From the NCBI GenBank assembly GCA_963825135.1, contig CAWGRW010000009.1, forward strand, positions 2,144,001 to 2,208,000: a stretch of 64,000 nt of DNA, written 5' to 3'. Below, in pieces: positions 1 through 10,328 of the stretch. Every line of letters begins with the position of its first letter. Positions within the stretch are counted from its first letter, which is position 1. Source of the DNA: an uncultured bacterium (GTDB lineage: Bacteria > Desulfobacterota_D > UBA1144 > Nemesobacterales > UBA2774). The translations under genes were made by a program, and so were the position numbers. Below the pieces are notes generated by a model, which saw nothing but the letters and a program-made list of their open reading frames with translations, did no database searches and had not been told where the DNA came from.

Positions 1-120
1 ATTAAGGATTCTTACGATCCGCAGCTCGATAAGGCGATCGAGGTTATTACGGATCTGCTTAAAAAGAATCCGCCCCAAAAACCGGTAAGGCCTCAATACG
101 AGGACAGGTCGGGGGCGTGA
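1..120 (+). CDS. 3' end of probable S41 (tricorn-like) peptidase, partial
   Basis: Frame 1 reads IKDSYDPQLDKAIEVITDLLKKNPPQKPVRPQYEDRSGA*; DPQLDKAIE resembles S41 peptidase C-termini. Confidence 0.55.
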   Translation: MKDSYDPQLDKAIEVITDLLKKNPPQKPVRPQYEDRSGA

Positions 121-130
121 TAGTTCTGTC

Positions 131-559
131 GTGAAAAAGTTAATCGGCCTTATCACGGTGCTCGCGGGGCTGCCCGGGTTAGCCGGTATTTATCTCCTAT
201 GGAAGCTCGGGAACCTTCCGCCGGGAGCGGTATTCATCGTCGTAAACGCTATCGTATTCAGGGGCATATGCGGTACGGCGGGAGGGGTTCTTCTATGGAG
301 CGGAAAGAGATTGGGCAATTACCTCACCGCCCTGTCCTGGTCCTACCTGATAATAGTATCGCTCCTTACGCTCGTGAGTTTATACAATAAGGGTGCCGCC
401 CATTCGGCGGGCGCGGCGGGTGAGAATTTCGCTGCCGCTCTCGGGAAGCCGGTCGCCTGGTCGCTCGTCAAGCTGCTACTCGGGCTCCCGATCGTGTATC
501 TGGTGGTAAAGGATATATTTCAGTCAGGAAGACGAGAAAGTAAATACGGTTCTGTTTGA
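131..559 (+). CDS. hypothetical membrane protein
   Basis: 142-aa ORF with about 4 hydrophobic segments. Confidence 0.7.
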   Translation: MKKLIGLITVLAGLPGLAGIYLLWKLGNLPPGAVFIVVNAIVFRGICGTAGGVLLWSGKRLGNYLTALSWSYLIIVSLLTLVSLYNKGAAHSAGAAGENFAAALGKPVAWSLVKLLLGLPIVYLVVKDIFQSGRRESKYGSV

Positions 560-715
560 CCTGTTTCGTGATGCTCCGCGAAAATAATCCGAATCCATTC
601 CCTCGCACCGAGCGTATTAGACTAGAGCGTAATTGTGGCTTTTCCCCGGCCGCCCCTGAGCGTATACTTTTCAGTCCCGGTTCTAATGATTGAAAGGGAA
701 AGGAGAAAGATCGAA

Positions 716-1288
716 ATGACTGATAAAAAACTTGAGAAGGCCACTTTTTCTGGAGGGTGTTTCTGGTGCATGCAGCCCCCGTTCGACAACCTTCAAGGGG
801 TTATCTCCACCACGGTCGGTTTTACGGGGGGTAAGGAGAAGAACCCGAATTACCACGAAGTCTGCTACGGACGGACAGGGCACCTGGAATCTATCGAGGT
901 GGTCTACGACCCGGAGCGTATCTCCTACGATGACCTGCTGGATGTATTCTGGCTCAACATAGACCCGACCGACGACGGGGGTCAGTTCGTGGACAGGGGC
1001 GGACACTATAAGACCGCTATCTTTTATCATAACGATGACCAGAAAAAAACGGCCGTGGAGTCGAAGAAGAAGCTCGGGGAGTCCGGGAGGTATAAGGCGC
1101 CGATCATGACGGAAATCAGGCCGGCTATGGAATTCTACCCCGCCGAGGAATACCATCAGAAGTATTACGAGAAAAACCCTATCGGATATTCACATTACAA
1201 GGTCGGCTCCGGCAGGGAAAGGTATATACAGCATATGAAAGAATATGAAATAAATACATCTCCGCCCGCTCCGGTCCGGGGACCGTAA
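716..1288 (+). CDS. msrA: peptide-methionine (S)-S-oxide reductase
   Basis: GGCFWC motif, GHLE, FYPAEEYHQKYY; GGAG upstream of ATG 716. Confidence 0.95.
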   Translation: MTDKKLEKATFSGGCFWCMQPPFDNLQGVISTTVGFTGGKEKNPNYHEVCYGRTGHLESIEVVYDPERISYDDLLDVFWLNIDPTDDGGQFVDRGGHYKTAIFYHNDDQKKTAVESKKKLGESGRYKAPIMTEIRPAMEFYPAEEYHQKYYEKNPIGYSHYKVGSGRERYIQHMKEYEINTSPPAPVRGP

Positions 1289-1325
1289 AAGAAGGCGCGG
1301 CAAAACACAAAGGAGGAATTGCGAC

Positions 1326-1625
1326 ATGGCTGACGATAAGAGATGGTTCGAGAAGAACGCCCCCAAGATGGCCGAGGGCTGGTGGAGCTTCTATAACGCT
1401 GTCGAGGGGGAGACCGTGCTCGACAAGAAGACGAAGGCGCTGATAGCGGTGTCCGTGGCGGTTCACGGCAGATGCCCCCACTGCACTGAGTCCAGGATAA
1501 AGAAGGCGCTCGCGCTCGGCATCACCAAGCAGGAGATAAGCGAAACGATAATGGAGACGGCCCTTCTTTCCTCGGGGACCGAGATATTCTGGGCCAAGGA
1601 AGTTTACGACAAATACCTGGGATAG
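1326..1625 (+). CDS. carboxymuconolactone decarboxylase / AhpD-like protein
   Basis: LDKKTKALIAVSVAV..RCPHC..A..LGIT..EI.E pattern with CxxC. Confidence 0.85.
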   Translation: MADDKRWFEKNAPKMAEGWWSFYNAVEGETVLDKKTKALIAVSVAVHGRCPHCTESRIKKALALGITKQEISETIMETALLSSGTEIFWAKEVYDKYLG

Positions 1626-1744
1626 CTTCGTACCTTACGAAAGAGCGACTACCCTATATCATTATTGAATTCGGGGTATTATGAATGCGGCTGGGCTTTG
1701 CCTTGTTGTTTTCAGCGGCATGGGTATAATCATTTTTCCTCTGT

Positions 1745-1821
1745 CGGGGTGTAGCGCAGTCTGGTAGCGCGCGGCGCTTGGGACGCCGAGGTCGGAGGTT
1801 CAACCCCTCTCACCCCGACCA
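1745..1821 (+). tRNA. tRNA-Pro(TGG)
   Basis: Cloverleaf CGGGGTG..CACCCCG-ACCA; anticodon arm CGGCG-CTTGGGA-CGCCG; T arm GGAGG-TTCAACC-CCTCT. Confidence 0.95.
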
Positions 1822-1846
1822 CTTTTCATATACCCCCTCGAACTCT

Positions 1847-3283
1847 TCATTGCTTTCTAAGCGAGACCGGCGGGAAATAAAGTCCTACGAGCTGTCGGTT
1901 CCAGATAGCGCCGGTCCGGCTCCGTTCCTCCGGAGTAGTGAAATGATATTCGTATAATAACGCGCGAACATACCTCGGCGGCTTATCTGGAAAGGGGTTA
2001 AACCGAAGAAGTCCCAGGACGGCCTTATCACCCTCTAAAAGTTTTTCCAAAAAACTTATGAACCACGGATGCTGGCTCGGTGTAGAGAGCGCGGCAAACC
2101 ACATCAGCCAGTCAAGCCGCAGGTGATAGGGCGCGATCTGCGGCGGCGTGCGGTTCACATCCCCGGGTTTTCCGATAAATTCATATTCGCGCCAACGTGT
2201 AGCATCCGTAAGCGCAGGCTCATCGGTCCCCTCAACAATCACTTCATAGCGCGGCCGTGTGATGGACCCGAAGGCGCCGTAAGTATTCACCAGGTGGAGC
2301 GGCTCGAAAGAAGCGTTCATTAACTGGTTTGGGGATATCATGTTGCTTACAGTAAAAAAACTTAATCCCGCTACAAGTATTGTAAGACATATTGTGGCTG
2401 ACAGATAAAGACGGCCGGGCTTGATAAGCTCGGGTGGGTGAATTGGAATAACGTGCTTCAACCATGAGTCGCTAATGGTGCTCAAAGCCAGAACCATCGT
2501 GAGTAGCCCCAGGAATGAAAAGTTCCCGCTGACAAAGAGCCACGAATGAAAGAATATGGTTATCAACCCTGCAACGGCGCTTATTTGAAAAGGCGCAAAA
2601 TAAGCAAATGGGACGACTAGCTCGGCGAAGTGATTAAAGAGCACTCCTGTTTTGTGGATCCATCCCGGCAGCCAGTGGAAATACCAGCTAAGGGCATTCG
2701 GCATCGGTTGGGTTTCATAGTGGTACTGGAGGCAGGTTAAATCACGCCAGCAGGCGTCGCCCCGAATTTTTATCAGTCCCGCGCCGAACATCAGCCGGAA
2801 GAGCAGCCAATTGAAAAGAAGGATTACAAGAAACGACGGTGTGGTTCTTTCGGAGCCCAGAAAAATCGCAAGAAATCCGGCTTCCAAAAGCAGTGTCTCC
2901 CAGCCGAATGCATAAAACGTTTGACCCACGTTTACAAAAGAGAGGTAAATCAGCCAGAGTGCGCCCCAGGTTCCCGCGGAGATAAAATTGCCGAATTTTT
3001 CCGAGAATCCCGAAAGGGCAAACAGAGAAAGCGAAATGCCGACCCATCCGAACAAATCAAAAGCGAAATTAGTCGGGAGCCAGAAGAAGATGCTCGGCGA
3101 ATCGATGAAACGCACCTGTTTTACGAATTCCGGAACCGGAAGAAGGCCGTGTTCCCCCAAAAGCGGCTTGAACTGATGAATGACGGCTATAAAAGCGATT
3201 AGATAAACAAATGCCAGGCCCCGCTGAAGGACAAGTCTTGTCAGCCAGTAATTATCTCTCCATAGAATCGTTTTTAAGTTCAT
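1847..3283 (-). CDS. lipase maturation factor (LMF1-like) membrane protein
   Basis: FGWETLLLEAGFL, YHYETQPMPN, VNTYGAFGSIT, APYHLRLDWLMWFAA motifs. Confidence 0.92.
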   Translation of the reverse strand: MNLKTILWRDNYWLTRLVLQRGLAFVYLIAFIAVIHQFKPLLGEHGLLPVPEFVKQVRFIDSPSIFFWLPTNFAFDLFGWVGISLSLFALSGFSEKFGNFISAGTWGALWLIYLSFVNVGQTFYAFGWETLLLEAGFLAIFLGSERTTPSFLVILLFNWLLFRLMFGAGLIKIRGDACWRDLTCLQYHYETQPMPNALSWYFHWLPGWIHKTGVLFNHFAELVVPFAYFAPFQISAVAGLITIFFHSWLFVSGNFSFLGLLTMVLALSTISDSWLKHVIPIHPPELIKPGRLYLSATICLTILVAGLSFFTVSNMISPNQLMNASFEPLHLVNTYGAFGSITRPRYEVIVEGTDEPALTDATRWREYEFIGKPGDVNRTPPQIAPYHLRLDWLMWFAALSTPSQHPWFISFLEKLLEGDKAVLGLLRFNPFPDKPPRYVRALLYEYHFTTPEERSRTGAIWNRQLVGLYFPPVSLRKQ

Positions 3284-3635
3284 ATCGTTTTGTGATCACA
3301 TTCAGGACCGGAGACCGATTCCCTGCGGCAGATGCCGCAAGCGCTGTCATAATAGATCGTTATTGGGTAATTCGGTCCCTTATCCATTTCTAAATTATAA
3401 TAGGGGCTGTCCCGGATAACTAGTCCAAATAACCTTTAACCCATTGTCTGAGTTGCTTTAATTGCGATTGGGGATCAGGGTTATGAACTGCTCCCCTTCA
3501 TATTCCGCGAAGACCCCCCTATCCCTTGACAACCGAAAGCGATTTGCATTATATTGGGGGAGTGGGTCGTCGCGTCGTATTGAGATATTCTGCTTTTCGC
3601 ATTGAGACCGAAAACGGTTTTTCAGATACCATGGC

Positions 3636-4361
3636 ATGACCATTAGAGCAACACACCTTTTAGTATCTCTCATTGCTCCCGTTATTTTTGTGCTCGGCTG
3701 TTCGTCCACGAAATATGTGCGTATTGAAAATCCGTCGGAGAGGATAGTCAACGGCTGCATATCCATGCTCCCGCCCGCTCGGGGGGAGTGGTACGTGGAT
3801 AAGCACTGGACCGAGATACTGTACGGTCCCGAGCCTTGCGAGGACCGGCTGAGGCTCGCGAGCGGGGGAGGGCACGATCTCTACTATATCTATATCACGA
3901 CCGGGCTCAGGGAATGGAGCGATAAGCTCGACGATGAATATCTGTTGAAATGGGTCAGAAATTATCACGACAGGCAGTTAATAAAGAATAAAGAGCTCGG
4001 GGCGGAGGACATAGAATACGAATCCGGCACATGCAAACTGGCCGGGGCGGTCTGTGCGGAGGCGAGCTACGATTTCGTATCTTCCAAGCGCCTCCAGTTC
4101 AAGGCGGGCGGGCCCACTACGACGTTCAGGGACAAGGAGCTCAATCCGAGCGATAAGTACTTTTATGAAGTGGTTGAGTTCTACGTGTTCGAAGGTCCGT
4201 ACGACAAACTCGAAAAGGACAGGAACGCCTTTTATTATGAAGTCACGTTTCTGCATGTATCCGTGGATAAGATTAAGGACCCTGAGCTTAGGGAGAAGGC
4301 CTTCAAGGTCCTCGAAAATATAGAATTCAACCAGGATTGGGATAAGGAAGCTAATCGCTGA
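3636..4361 (+). CDS. hypothetical lipoprotein
   Basis: Hydrophobic N-terminus with lipobox VLGC. Confidence 0.7.
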   Translation: MTIRATHLLVSLIAPVIFVLGCSSTKYVRIENPSERIVNGCISMLPPARGEWYVDKHWTEILYGPEPCEDRLRLASGGGHDLYYIYITTGLREWSDKLDDEYLLKWVRNYHDRQLIKNKELGAEDIEYESGTCKLAGAVCAEASYDFVSSKRLQFKAGGPTTTFRDKELNPSDKYFYEVVEFYVFEGPYDKLEKDRNAFYYEVTFLHVSVDKIKDPELREKAFKVLENIEFNQDWDKEANR

Positions 4362-4609
4362 GAAGAATCGAAAGACGAATTGTATCAGGCGGCCTGAAAC
4401 ACATAGTTGAATCCTCCCATAAACGAAAAAGAAGCGCACATAGTCCCATTTTAAACCCTCTGTAAGTTTTTCGGACAGATGACGCTGGCTCTCATCGTAA
4501 ATAACTGAGTAATATCAAATAGATGCTTTCGCTCGTTCCGTGGTACGATGATTGCACCTATTATCAGTAGCCGGAGGTCTGAGAATATGACCGGGGTCGG
4601 AGAAGCGCG

Positions 4610-6373
4610 ATGACTATTAAAATCAGTGACGATATAGACAGGGAAGCGGACGTGCCCAACGCGCTTTCGGGAGTGGACAAGATGGTCCATTCCACCATAA
4701 GCCGTTTTACGCTCGGCGTATCGCCCGCGGCGCTAATGCTCGCCTACCTCGACTGGCTCGTGCATCTGGGGATATCGCCGGCGAAGCAGCTCGAGCTAGT
4801 GCAGAAAGCGCTCAGAAAGGCCGTAAGGTTCTATGTTTATACCTCCAAGTGTGCGTCTCATTCGGGAGCGCAGCCCTGTATCGAACCTCTGCCCCAGGAC
4901 AGGCGGTTCAGCGGCGAGGGGTGGCGGCATATGCCGTTTAACCTGATGTACCAGTCGTTCCTCCTGACACAGCAGTGGCTCCACAATGCGACTACGGGGG
5001 TTGCCGGGGTTAGCCGTCATCATGAGGACGTCGTCTCGTTCGTCACCCGCCAGATACTTGATATATTCGCGCCCTCGAACTTCATACTGACGAATCCCGA
5101 AATACTCAGAAAGACGATCGAGTCCGGGGGCAATAACCTCTACAGGGGTTGGCTCAACCTGCTTGAGGACTGGGAACGGTCCGTGATCGGCAAAAAGCCG
5201 GTCGGGATGGAGGAATTCGAAGTCGGGAAAACCGTTGCCGTCACGCCCGGCAAGGTGATCTACAGGAATCGTCTTATAGAGCTTATACAGTACGAGCCCT
5301 CTACAAAGAGCGTCTACGCGGAGCCTGTACTTATCATCCCCGCCTGGATTATGAAATACTATATTCTCGACCTCTCCCCGCATAATTCTCTTGTCGGATA
5401 CCTCGTCGATAAAGGACACACGGTTTTCATGATATCCTGGAAAAACCCGGGGCCTGAAGACAGGGACGCGGGCATGGAGGACTACCTGGATCTCGGTATA
5501 ATGGAGGCACTCAGGGCCGTGTCCGTAATTATGCCCGGGAGAAAAATCCACGCCCTCGGTTATTGTCTCGGCGGGACGCTCCTCGCGGTCGCCGCCTCGG
5601 CTATGGCCCGGGACGGAGACGGCCGTCTCGGGAGCATGACCCTGCTCGCCGCCCAGACGGACTTCCATGAGGCCGGGGAACTCATGCTTTTCATCGACGA
5701 GAGCCAGCTCGCGTTTCTCGAGGATATGATGTGGGACCAGGGTTATCTGGACACGAAGCAGATGGCGGGGGCCTTTCAGATGCTCCGGTCAAACGACCTC
5801 ATCTGGTCGCGCATGGTGCACGATTACCTGCTGGGAGAGCGCGAGCCGATGTTCGACCTGATGGCCTGGAACGCGGACGCGACGAGGATGCCGTACCGCA
5901 TGCATTCGGAGTATCTCACGAGCCTGTTCCTCAATAACGACCTTGCCGAAGGGCGGTACCTCGTAAAAGACAGGCCCGTATCGCTCACGGACATAAGGGT
6001 CCCGGTGTTCGTGGTGTCTACGGAGAGGGACCACGTGGCTCCATGGCGCTCCGTTTACAAGATCCACCTGCTCACCGACACGGAGGTTACGTTCGTGCTC
6101 ACGAGCGGCGGCCATAACGCCGGCATAGTGAGCGAGCCCGGACATCCCGGCAGGAGCTACCGCATAGGGACGAGGAAAGAGAGGGATACGTACATCGACC
6201 CAGAGAGCTGGACCGCGAGAACGCCCGGGAAGGAAGGCTCGTGGTGGGAAGCCTGGGAAGCCTGGCTGAGGAAGCGCTCGGGAAATAAAGCCAAGCCGCC
6301 TCGCATGGGGGCTTCGAGGAAGGGGTACGCGCCTCTCGAAGACGCGCCCGGCCTTTACGTGATTCGGGAATAG
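4610..6373 (+). CDS. phaC: poly(3-hydroxyalkanoate) synthase
   Basis: PhaC box GYCLGG, PAWIMKYYILDL, catalytic Asp (RDHVAP) and His (SGGHNAG). Confidence 0.92.
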   Translation: MTIKISDDIDREADVPNALSGVDKMVHSTISRFTLGVSPAALMLAYLDWLVHLGISPAKQLELVQKALRKAVRFYVYTSKCASHSGAQPCIEPLPQDRRFSGEGWRHMPFNLMYQSFLLTQQWLHNATTGVAGVSRHHEDVVSFVTRQILDIFAPSNFILTNPEILRKTIESGGNNLYRGWLNLLEDWERSVIGKKPVGMEEFEVGKTVAVTPGKVIYRNRLIELIQYEPSTKSVYAEPVLIIPAWIMKYYILDLSPHNSLVGYLVDKGHTVFMISWKNPGPEDRDAGMEDYLDLGIMEALRAVSVIMPGRKIHALGYCLGGTLLAVAASAMARDGDGRLGSMTLLAAQTDFHEAGELMLFIDESQLAFLEDMMWDQGYLDTKQMAGAFQMLRSNDLIWSRMVHDYLLGEREPMFDLMAWNADATRMPYRMHSEYLTSLFLNNDLAEGRYLVKDRPVSLTDIRVPVFVVSTERDHVAPWRSVYKIHLLTDTEVTFVLTSGGHNAGIVSEPGHPGRSYRIGTRKERDTYIDPESWTARTPGKEGSWWEAWEAWLRKRSGNKAKPPRMGASRKGYAPLEDAPGLYVIRE

Positions 6374-6439
6374 CGGGCGCACACGGCGCGGCGCTTGTAG
6401 CTGTACCCCTGCTAATTACAATATAATAGAGGTGAATAT

Positions 6440-6988
6440 ATGAAGATTGAGCTCATAGGAAAGGGAATCGAGATATCGGAAGACATAAGAAGCGTCACGG
6501 AACACGGCCTCTCAAAAATGGAACGGCATTTGAAGGAGATGGGGGAGGGCGAGGTCGAGGCAGTCGTCACCTTCACCGTGGAGAAACACAGGGAGAGGCA
6601 CCGGGTCGACATAGACCTCTATCTCAAGACTCCGGGTGGAGGGGCGCTCCACGCGTGGGAGGAGTCGAAGGATACGTTCATGTCGCTCGAATTCACGCTC
6701 GACGACATCGACAAGCAGCTCAACCGTCTCAAGGAGAGGCGGATCGAGATAAGGAAGGACATCGCGCGGGAGAAAGCGAAGCGGAGGAGCGAAGAGCCCC
6801 CGGTACGCGAGGCTGGGCTGATATCGGAGGAAAGACTCTCCATCGAGAAGCCGCTGTCGCCCGAGGAGGCGCTTATGGTGCTTGAGGACGAGGACAGGTT
6901 CTTTCTCGTCTTCAGGAACGGGGACACCGGCGACTTAAACGTAATCTACAGAAAGAAGTCGGGGAAATACGGGCTTATAACGCCTTAG
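6440..6988 (+). CDS. hpf: long ribosome hibernation promoting factor
   Basis: N-terminal RaiA/HPF-like domain plus C-terminal KPLSPEEALMVL..FLVFRN..NVIYRKKSGKYGLI. Confidence 0.88.
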   Translation: MKIELIGKGIEISEDIRSVTEHGLSKMERHLKEMGEGEVEAVVTFTVEKHRERHRVDIDLYLKTPGGGALHAWEESKDTFMSLEFTLDDIDKQLNRLKERRIEIRKDIAREKAKRRSEEPPVREAGLISEERLSIEKPLSPEEALMVLEDEDRFFLVFRNGDTGDLNVIYRKKSGKYGLITP

Positions 6989-7039
6989 ATTCAATCTTGT
7001 GTAAAATAGGACGCAAATTTTTTTAACGAGAAGTGTCCG

Positions 7040-8485
7040 GTGAATGACAGGATGGAGCTAAAGAAGATTCACGATTACCTCTGGGAGATTCCGCGGACGG
7101 GCGGGATGCTCGTCCCCGGACGGATCTACGCGACCGAGAAGATGCTCGACGCCATAAGGGAGGAAAAAGCCCTCGATCAGGTGATGAACGTCGCCTATCT
7201 CCCCGGCATCCAGAAATACTCCATAGCCATGCCGGACATCCACTGGGGGTACGGATTCCCGATCGGGGGTGTAGCCGCGTTCGATGCCGAGAGCGGAGTG
7301 ATATCGCCCGGGGGCGTGGGTTACGATATAAACTGCGGCGTCAGGCTCATGAGGACGAGCCTCACGGAAGAGGAAGTGAGGCCCCAGCTGAGAGACCTCG
7401 TCACCGAGGTATTCCGCCGCGTACCCTGCGGGTTGGGCGCGGGCGGCAAGATAAAGCTTTCCCGTGAGGATTATAAACATATAATATCGAAGGGTATTAA
7501 CTGGGCGATAGGTAAAGGGTACGGAGAGAAAGAGGACGCCGAGAGGGTGGAAGATTACGGCACTTTCCCGGGGGGAGACCCCGATGCCGTGAGCGAGAGG
7601 GCCTACGAGAGGGGGAGGGACGAGATCGGCACGCTCGGCTCCGGGAACCACTTCCTCGAGATCGACGTTGTGGAGGAGGTCTTTAACCCGTCCGTCGCCA
7701 ACTCCTTCGGCCTTTTCAAGGGCCAGGTATGCGTGCTCATTCACTGCGGGTCGAGGGGATTCGGCCATCAGATCTGCACCGATTACATAGACGTCATGCT
7801 CTCCTACATGAGGAAGAAGAACCTCGACCTCCCCGACAAGCAGCTCGCGTGCGCCCATATTACGTCCGAGGAGGGGCGAAGGTACCTCTCCGCGTTCGCG
7901 GCGGCGGTAAATTACGCCTGGGTGAACAGGCAGGTCATTATGTCGTTCGTCAGGGATGCCTTCCACTCCGTCTTCCGTATAGGGCCGCGGGACCTGGGCG
8001 GAAGCCTCGTCTACGACGTGAGCCACAATATAGCCAAGTTCGAAACGCACAGGGTAAACGGGGAACGTAAGAAGGTATGCGTCCACAGGAAGGGCGCGAC
8101 CAGGGCATTTCCCAAGGGGCACCCCCTGATACCCGACATATACAAGGACGTGGGTCATCCGGTGCTTATACCCGGGGATATGGGCAGGGCGTCCTATGTG
8201 CTCGTGGGTACCGAGGCTGCCCTCGACGAAACGTTCGGCTCATGCTGTCACGGGGCCGGGCGCGTGATGTCCAGGACGAAGGCCATGAAGATCGGCAGGG
8301 GTAGGGACATTATTTCCGAGCTCGGGGAGAAGGGGATTGTTGTAATGGCCAAAGGCAGAAAAACTGTATTCGAGGAGATGCCCGAAGCCTACAAGCTGAT
8401 AGACGACGTCGTCGACGTGGTCCACAACGCCGGCATCGCGAACAAGGTCGCGCGCCTGAGACCTATCGGCGTGGTGAAGGGGTGA
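7040..8485 (+). CDS. rtcB: RNA-splicing/repair ligase RtcB
   Basis: MPDIHWGYGFPIGGV, GYDINCG, GTLGSGNHFLE, HRKGAT, HGAGR motifs. Confidence 0.96.
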   Translation: MNDRMELKKIHDYLWEIPRTGGMLVPGRIYATEKMLDAIREEKALDQVMNVAYLPGIQKYSIAMPDIHWGYGFPIGGVAAFDAESGVISPGGVGYDINCGVRLMRTSLTEEEVRPQLRDLVTEVFRRVPCGLGAGGKIKLSREDYKHIISKGINWAIGKGYGEKEDAERVEDYGTFPGGDPDAVSERAYERGRDEIGTLGSGNHFLEIDVVEEVFNPSVANSFGLFKGQVCVLIHCGSRGFGHQICTDYIDVMLSYMRKKNLDLPDKQLACAHITSEEGRRYLSAFAAAVNYAWVNRQVIMSFVRDAFHSVFRIGPRDLGGSLVYDVSHNIAKFETHRVNGERKKVCVHRKGATRAFPKGHPLIPDIYKDVGHPVLIPGDMGRASYVLVGTEAALDETFGSCCHGAGRVMSRTKAMKIGRGRDIISELGEKGIVVMAKGRKTVFEEMPEAYKLIDDVVDVVHNAGIANKVARLRPIGVVKG

Positions 8486-8572
8486 GAGATATTACAGGCC
8501 GCTGTCCGAATAGAGGCCAGCCGCAAGATAGTTTCTGAATTCCCGTTCTGTGCTTTCCCTGATGCTTTAAAT

Positions 8573-9073
8573 TCACTCCCCCAGGCCCTTTCCCTCGGCC
8601 TCCCTGTCGCCGAGAGGCATTTCTTCCTGAACGGGCGCCTGGTCTTGGAGAGGGTATTCCTCTCCGGCCGGGCCCGGAGGCAACACTTCAGACGCCTGCC
8701 CGGCCGTCTCCGAGTCCGCGCCCACTTCTTCAGAGGCCTGATCATCCGTCTCCGAGTCCTGGTCGATTGATTCGGTCGGCGCGATATCCGACCCGACCTC
8801 TTCCGAGGCCTGCGCCGTCTCCGAATCGCATTCCTCCGAGGCCTGATCGTCCGTCTCCGAATCGGCCCCGATTTCCTCCGAGGCCTGGTCATCCGTCTCC
8901 GATACCTGATCGAGCTGCTCAGGCTCGGGGTCTATCTGAACCAGAGCTCTTTCATCCGATGCCCCGGCGGGTTTCGCGTCTCCGATGGCGATGCCAAACG
9001 CCGGATATGTAAATAGGACGGCGAACGCGGCCAGTAATGCGCAGGTTACGCTTTTTCGCAATATTTTTCTCAT
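8573..9073 (-). CDS. secreted acidic repeat protein
   Basis: Signal peptide plus about 5 imperfect (D)SETDDQASEE(I/V)GA repeats. Confidence 0.7.
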   Translation of the reverse strand: MRKILRKSVTCALLAAFAVLFTYPAFGIAIGDAKPAGASDERALVQIDPEPEQLDQVSETDDQASEEIGADSETDDQASEECDSETAQASEEVGSDIAPTESIDQDSETDDQASEEVGADSETAGQASEVLPPGPAGEEYPLQDQAPVQEEMPLGDREAEGKGLGE

Positions 9074-9440
9074 AATATCTCCCCGTTACTTTCTATCTTA
9101 ACAATTCCTTAACATTGACCTGTATCATTCTAAGGATAGCGCCTGTATGAGCATTAGACAACGGATGAATCGAGACGGCGTTTTGAACAGGGTGATATCA
9201 GCGGGGCGGCCTCACGAGAGGATTTGAAATAACCCGCGCGTTTTTATATAATATCTGACGCAGCGAATCCGACCTGCCGAAGTGAAATTAAACCGTGTTT
9301 GCGTATAAATTAGATCATACTCGCCGCCCGCGTTTAAATAAGACAGACGGGGTGTGTTTTATATTTACGATTTTCAATGGTACGTTCATGAAATCTTTCG
9401 GGGCTGGTCTATGTAATGAAAGAAATGGAGGAAGACCCGC

Positions 9441-10328
9441 GTGAAAAAACTTACCGGCGACAGCGTGGAAAAGATCGAATCCCCGTATGAGGGGATAAGC
9501 CTCAAAGATTATTATATCGAGAAGAGGCGCCTTCAGCTCGAGCTGCTTCTCATACAGCAGAGCATAGTGAAGAACGGGGAAAGGTGGTGCGTATGCTTCG
9601 ACGGGCGCGACGCCGCGGGCAAGGGCTCGACAATACTCAGGTTTACGCAGAACCTGATGCCGAAGTACTACCACATAGTGGACCTCGGAGTGCCGACGCC
9701 TAAAGAGTCCAAGTACTGGTTCCACAGGTACGAGCAGCACCTGCCGGTGTTAGGCGAGATCGTGTTTTTCGACCGATCCTGGTATAACCGCGCGCTGATA
9801 GAGCCGACAATGGGGTACTGTTCTCAGAAGCAGTACGAGTATTTCATGGACAAGGTGCTCGACTGGGAGCACGGGATCATAGACGGAGGCCTCAGACTTG
9901 TGAAGTTTTACCTGTCTGTAGATCCCGAGCACCAGCTCTACCGTTTCCAGGAGCGCCTTACGGATCCGCTCAAATTTTGGAAATTCTCCGAAAACGATTA
10001 CAATGCCAGGAAGAAATGGGAGACTTTCACGAAGTACAAGGAACAGATGTTCTCGCATACGGCGTCGGAGAAGTCCCCCTGGATAGTCATTAATTCGAAT
10101 TCGAGGAAGACGTCGAGGCTTACCAGCATGCTTTATCTGGTGAGGATCTACGGCAATAATAAGTTCGTGCCGCTCACGGGAGAGGACGTGACCGAGACGC
10201 ATACGATTGAGATAAACGGAGTCGCTTTCGACGGACTCAACAAACTACAATATTCGGTACTGAAAGAACTGGCCGACGATCAGAATCTCCATGTTCAGGA
10301 CGTACTGACGGGACTGCAAGATGGATGA
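9441..10328 (+). CDS. ppk2: polyphosphate kinase 2
   Basis: FDGRDAAGKGSTI Walker A, FFDRSWYNRA, DPLKFWKFS. Confidence 0.92.
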   Translation: MKKLTGDSVEKIESPYEGISLKDYYIEKRRLQLELLLIQQSIVKNGERWCVCFDGRDAAGKGSTILRFTQNLMPKYYHIVDLGVPTPKESKYWFHRYEQHLPVLGEIVFFDRSWYNRALIEPTMGYCSQKQYEYFMDKVLDWEHGIIDGGLRLVKFYLSVDPEHQLYRFQERLTDPLKFWKFSENDYNARKKWETFTKYKEQMFSHTASEKSPWIVINSNSRKTSRLTSMLYLVRIYGNNKFVPLTGEDVTETHTIEINGVAFDGLNKLQYSVLKELADDQNLHVQDVLTGLQDG

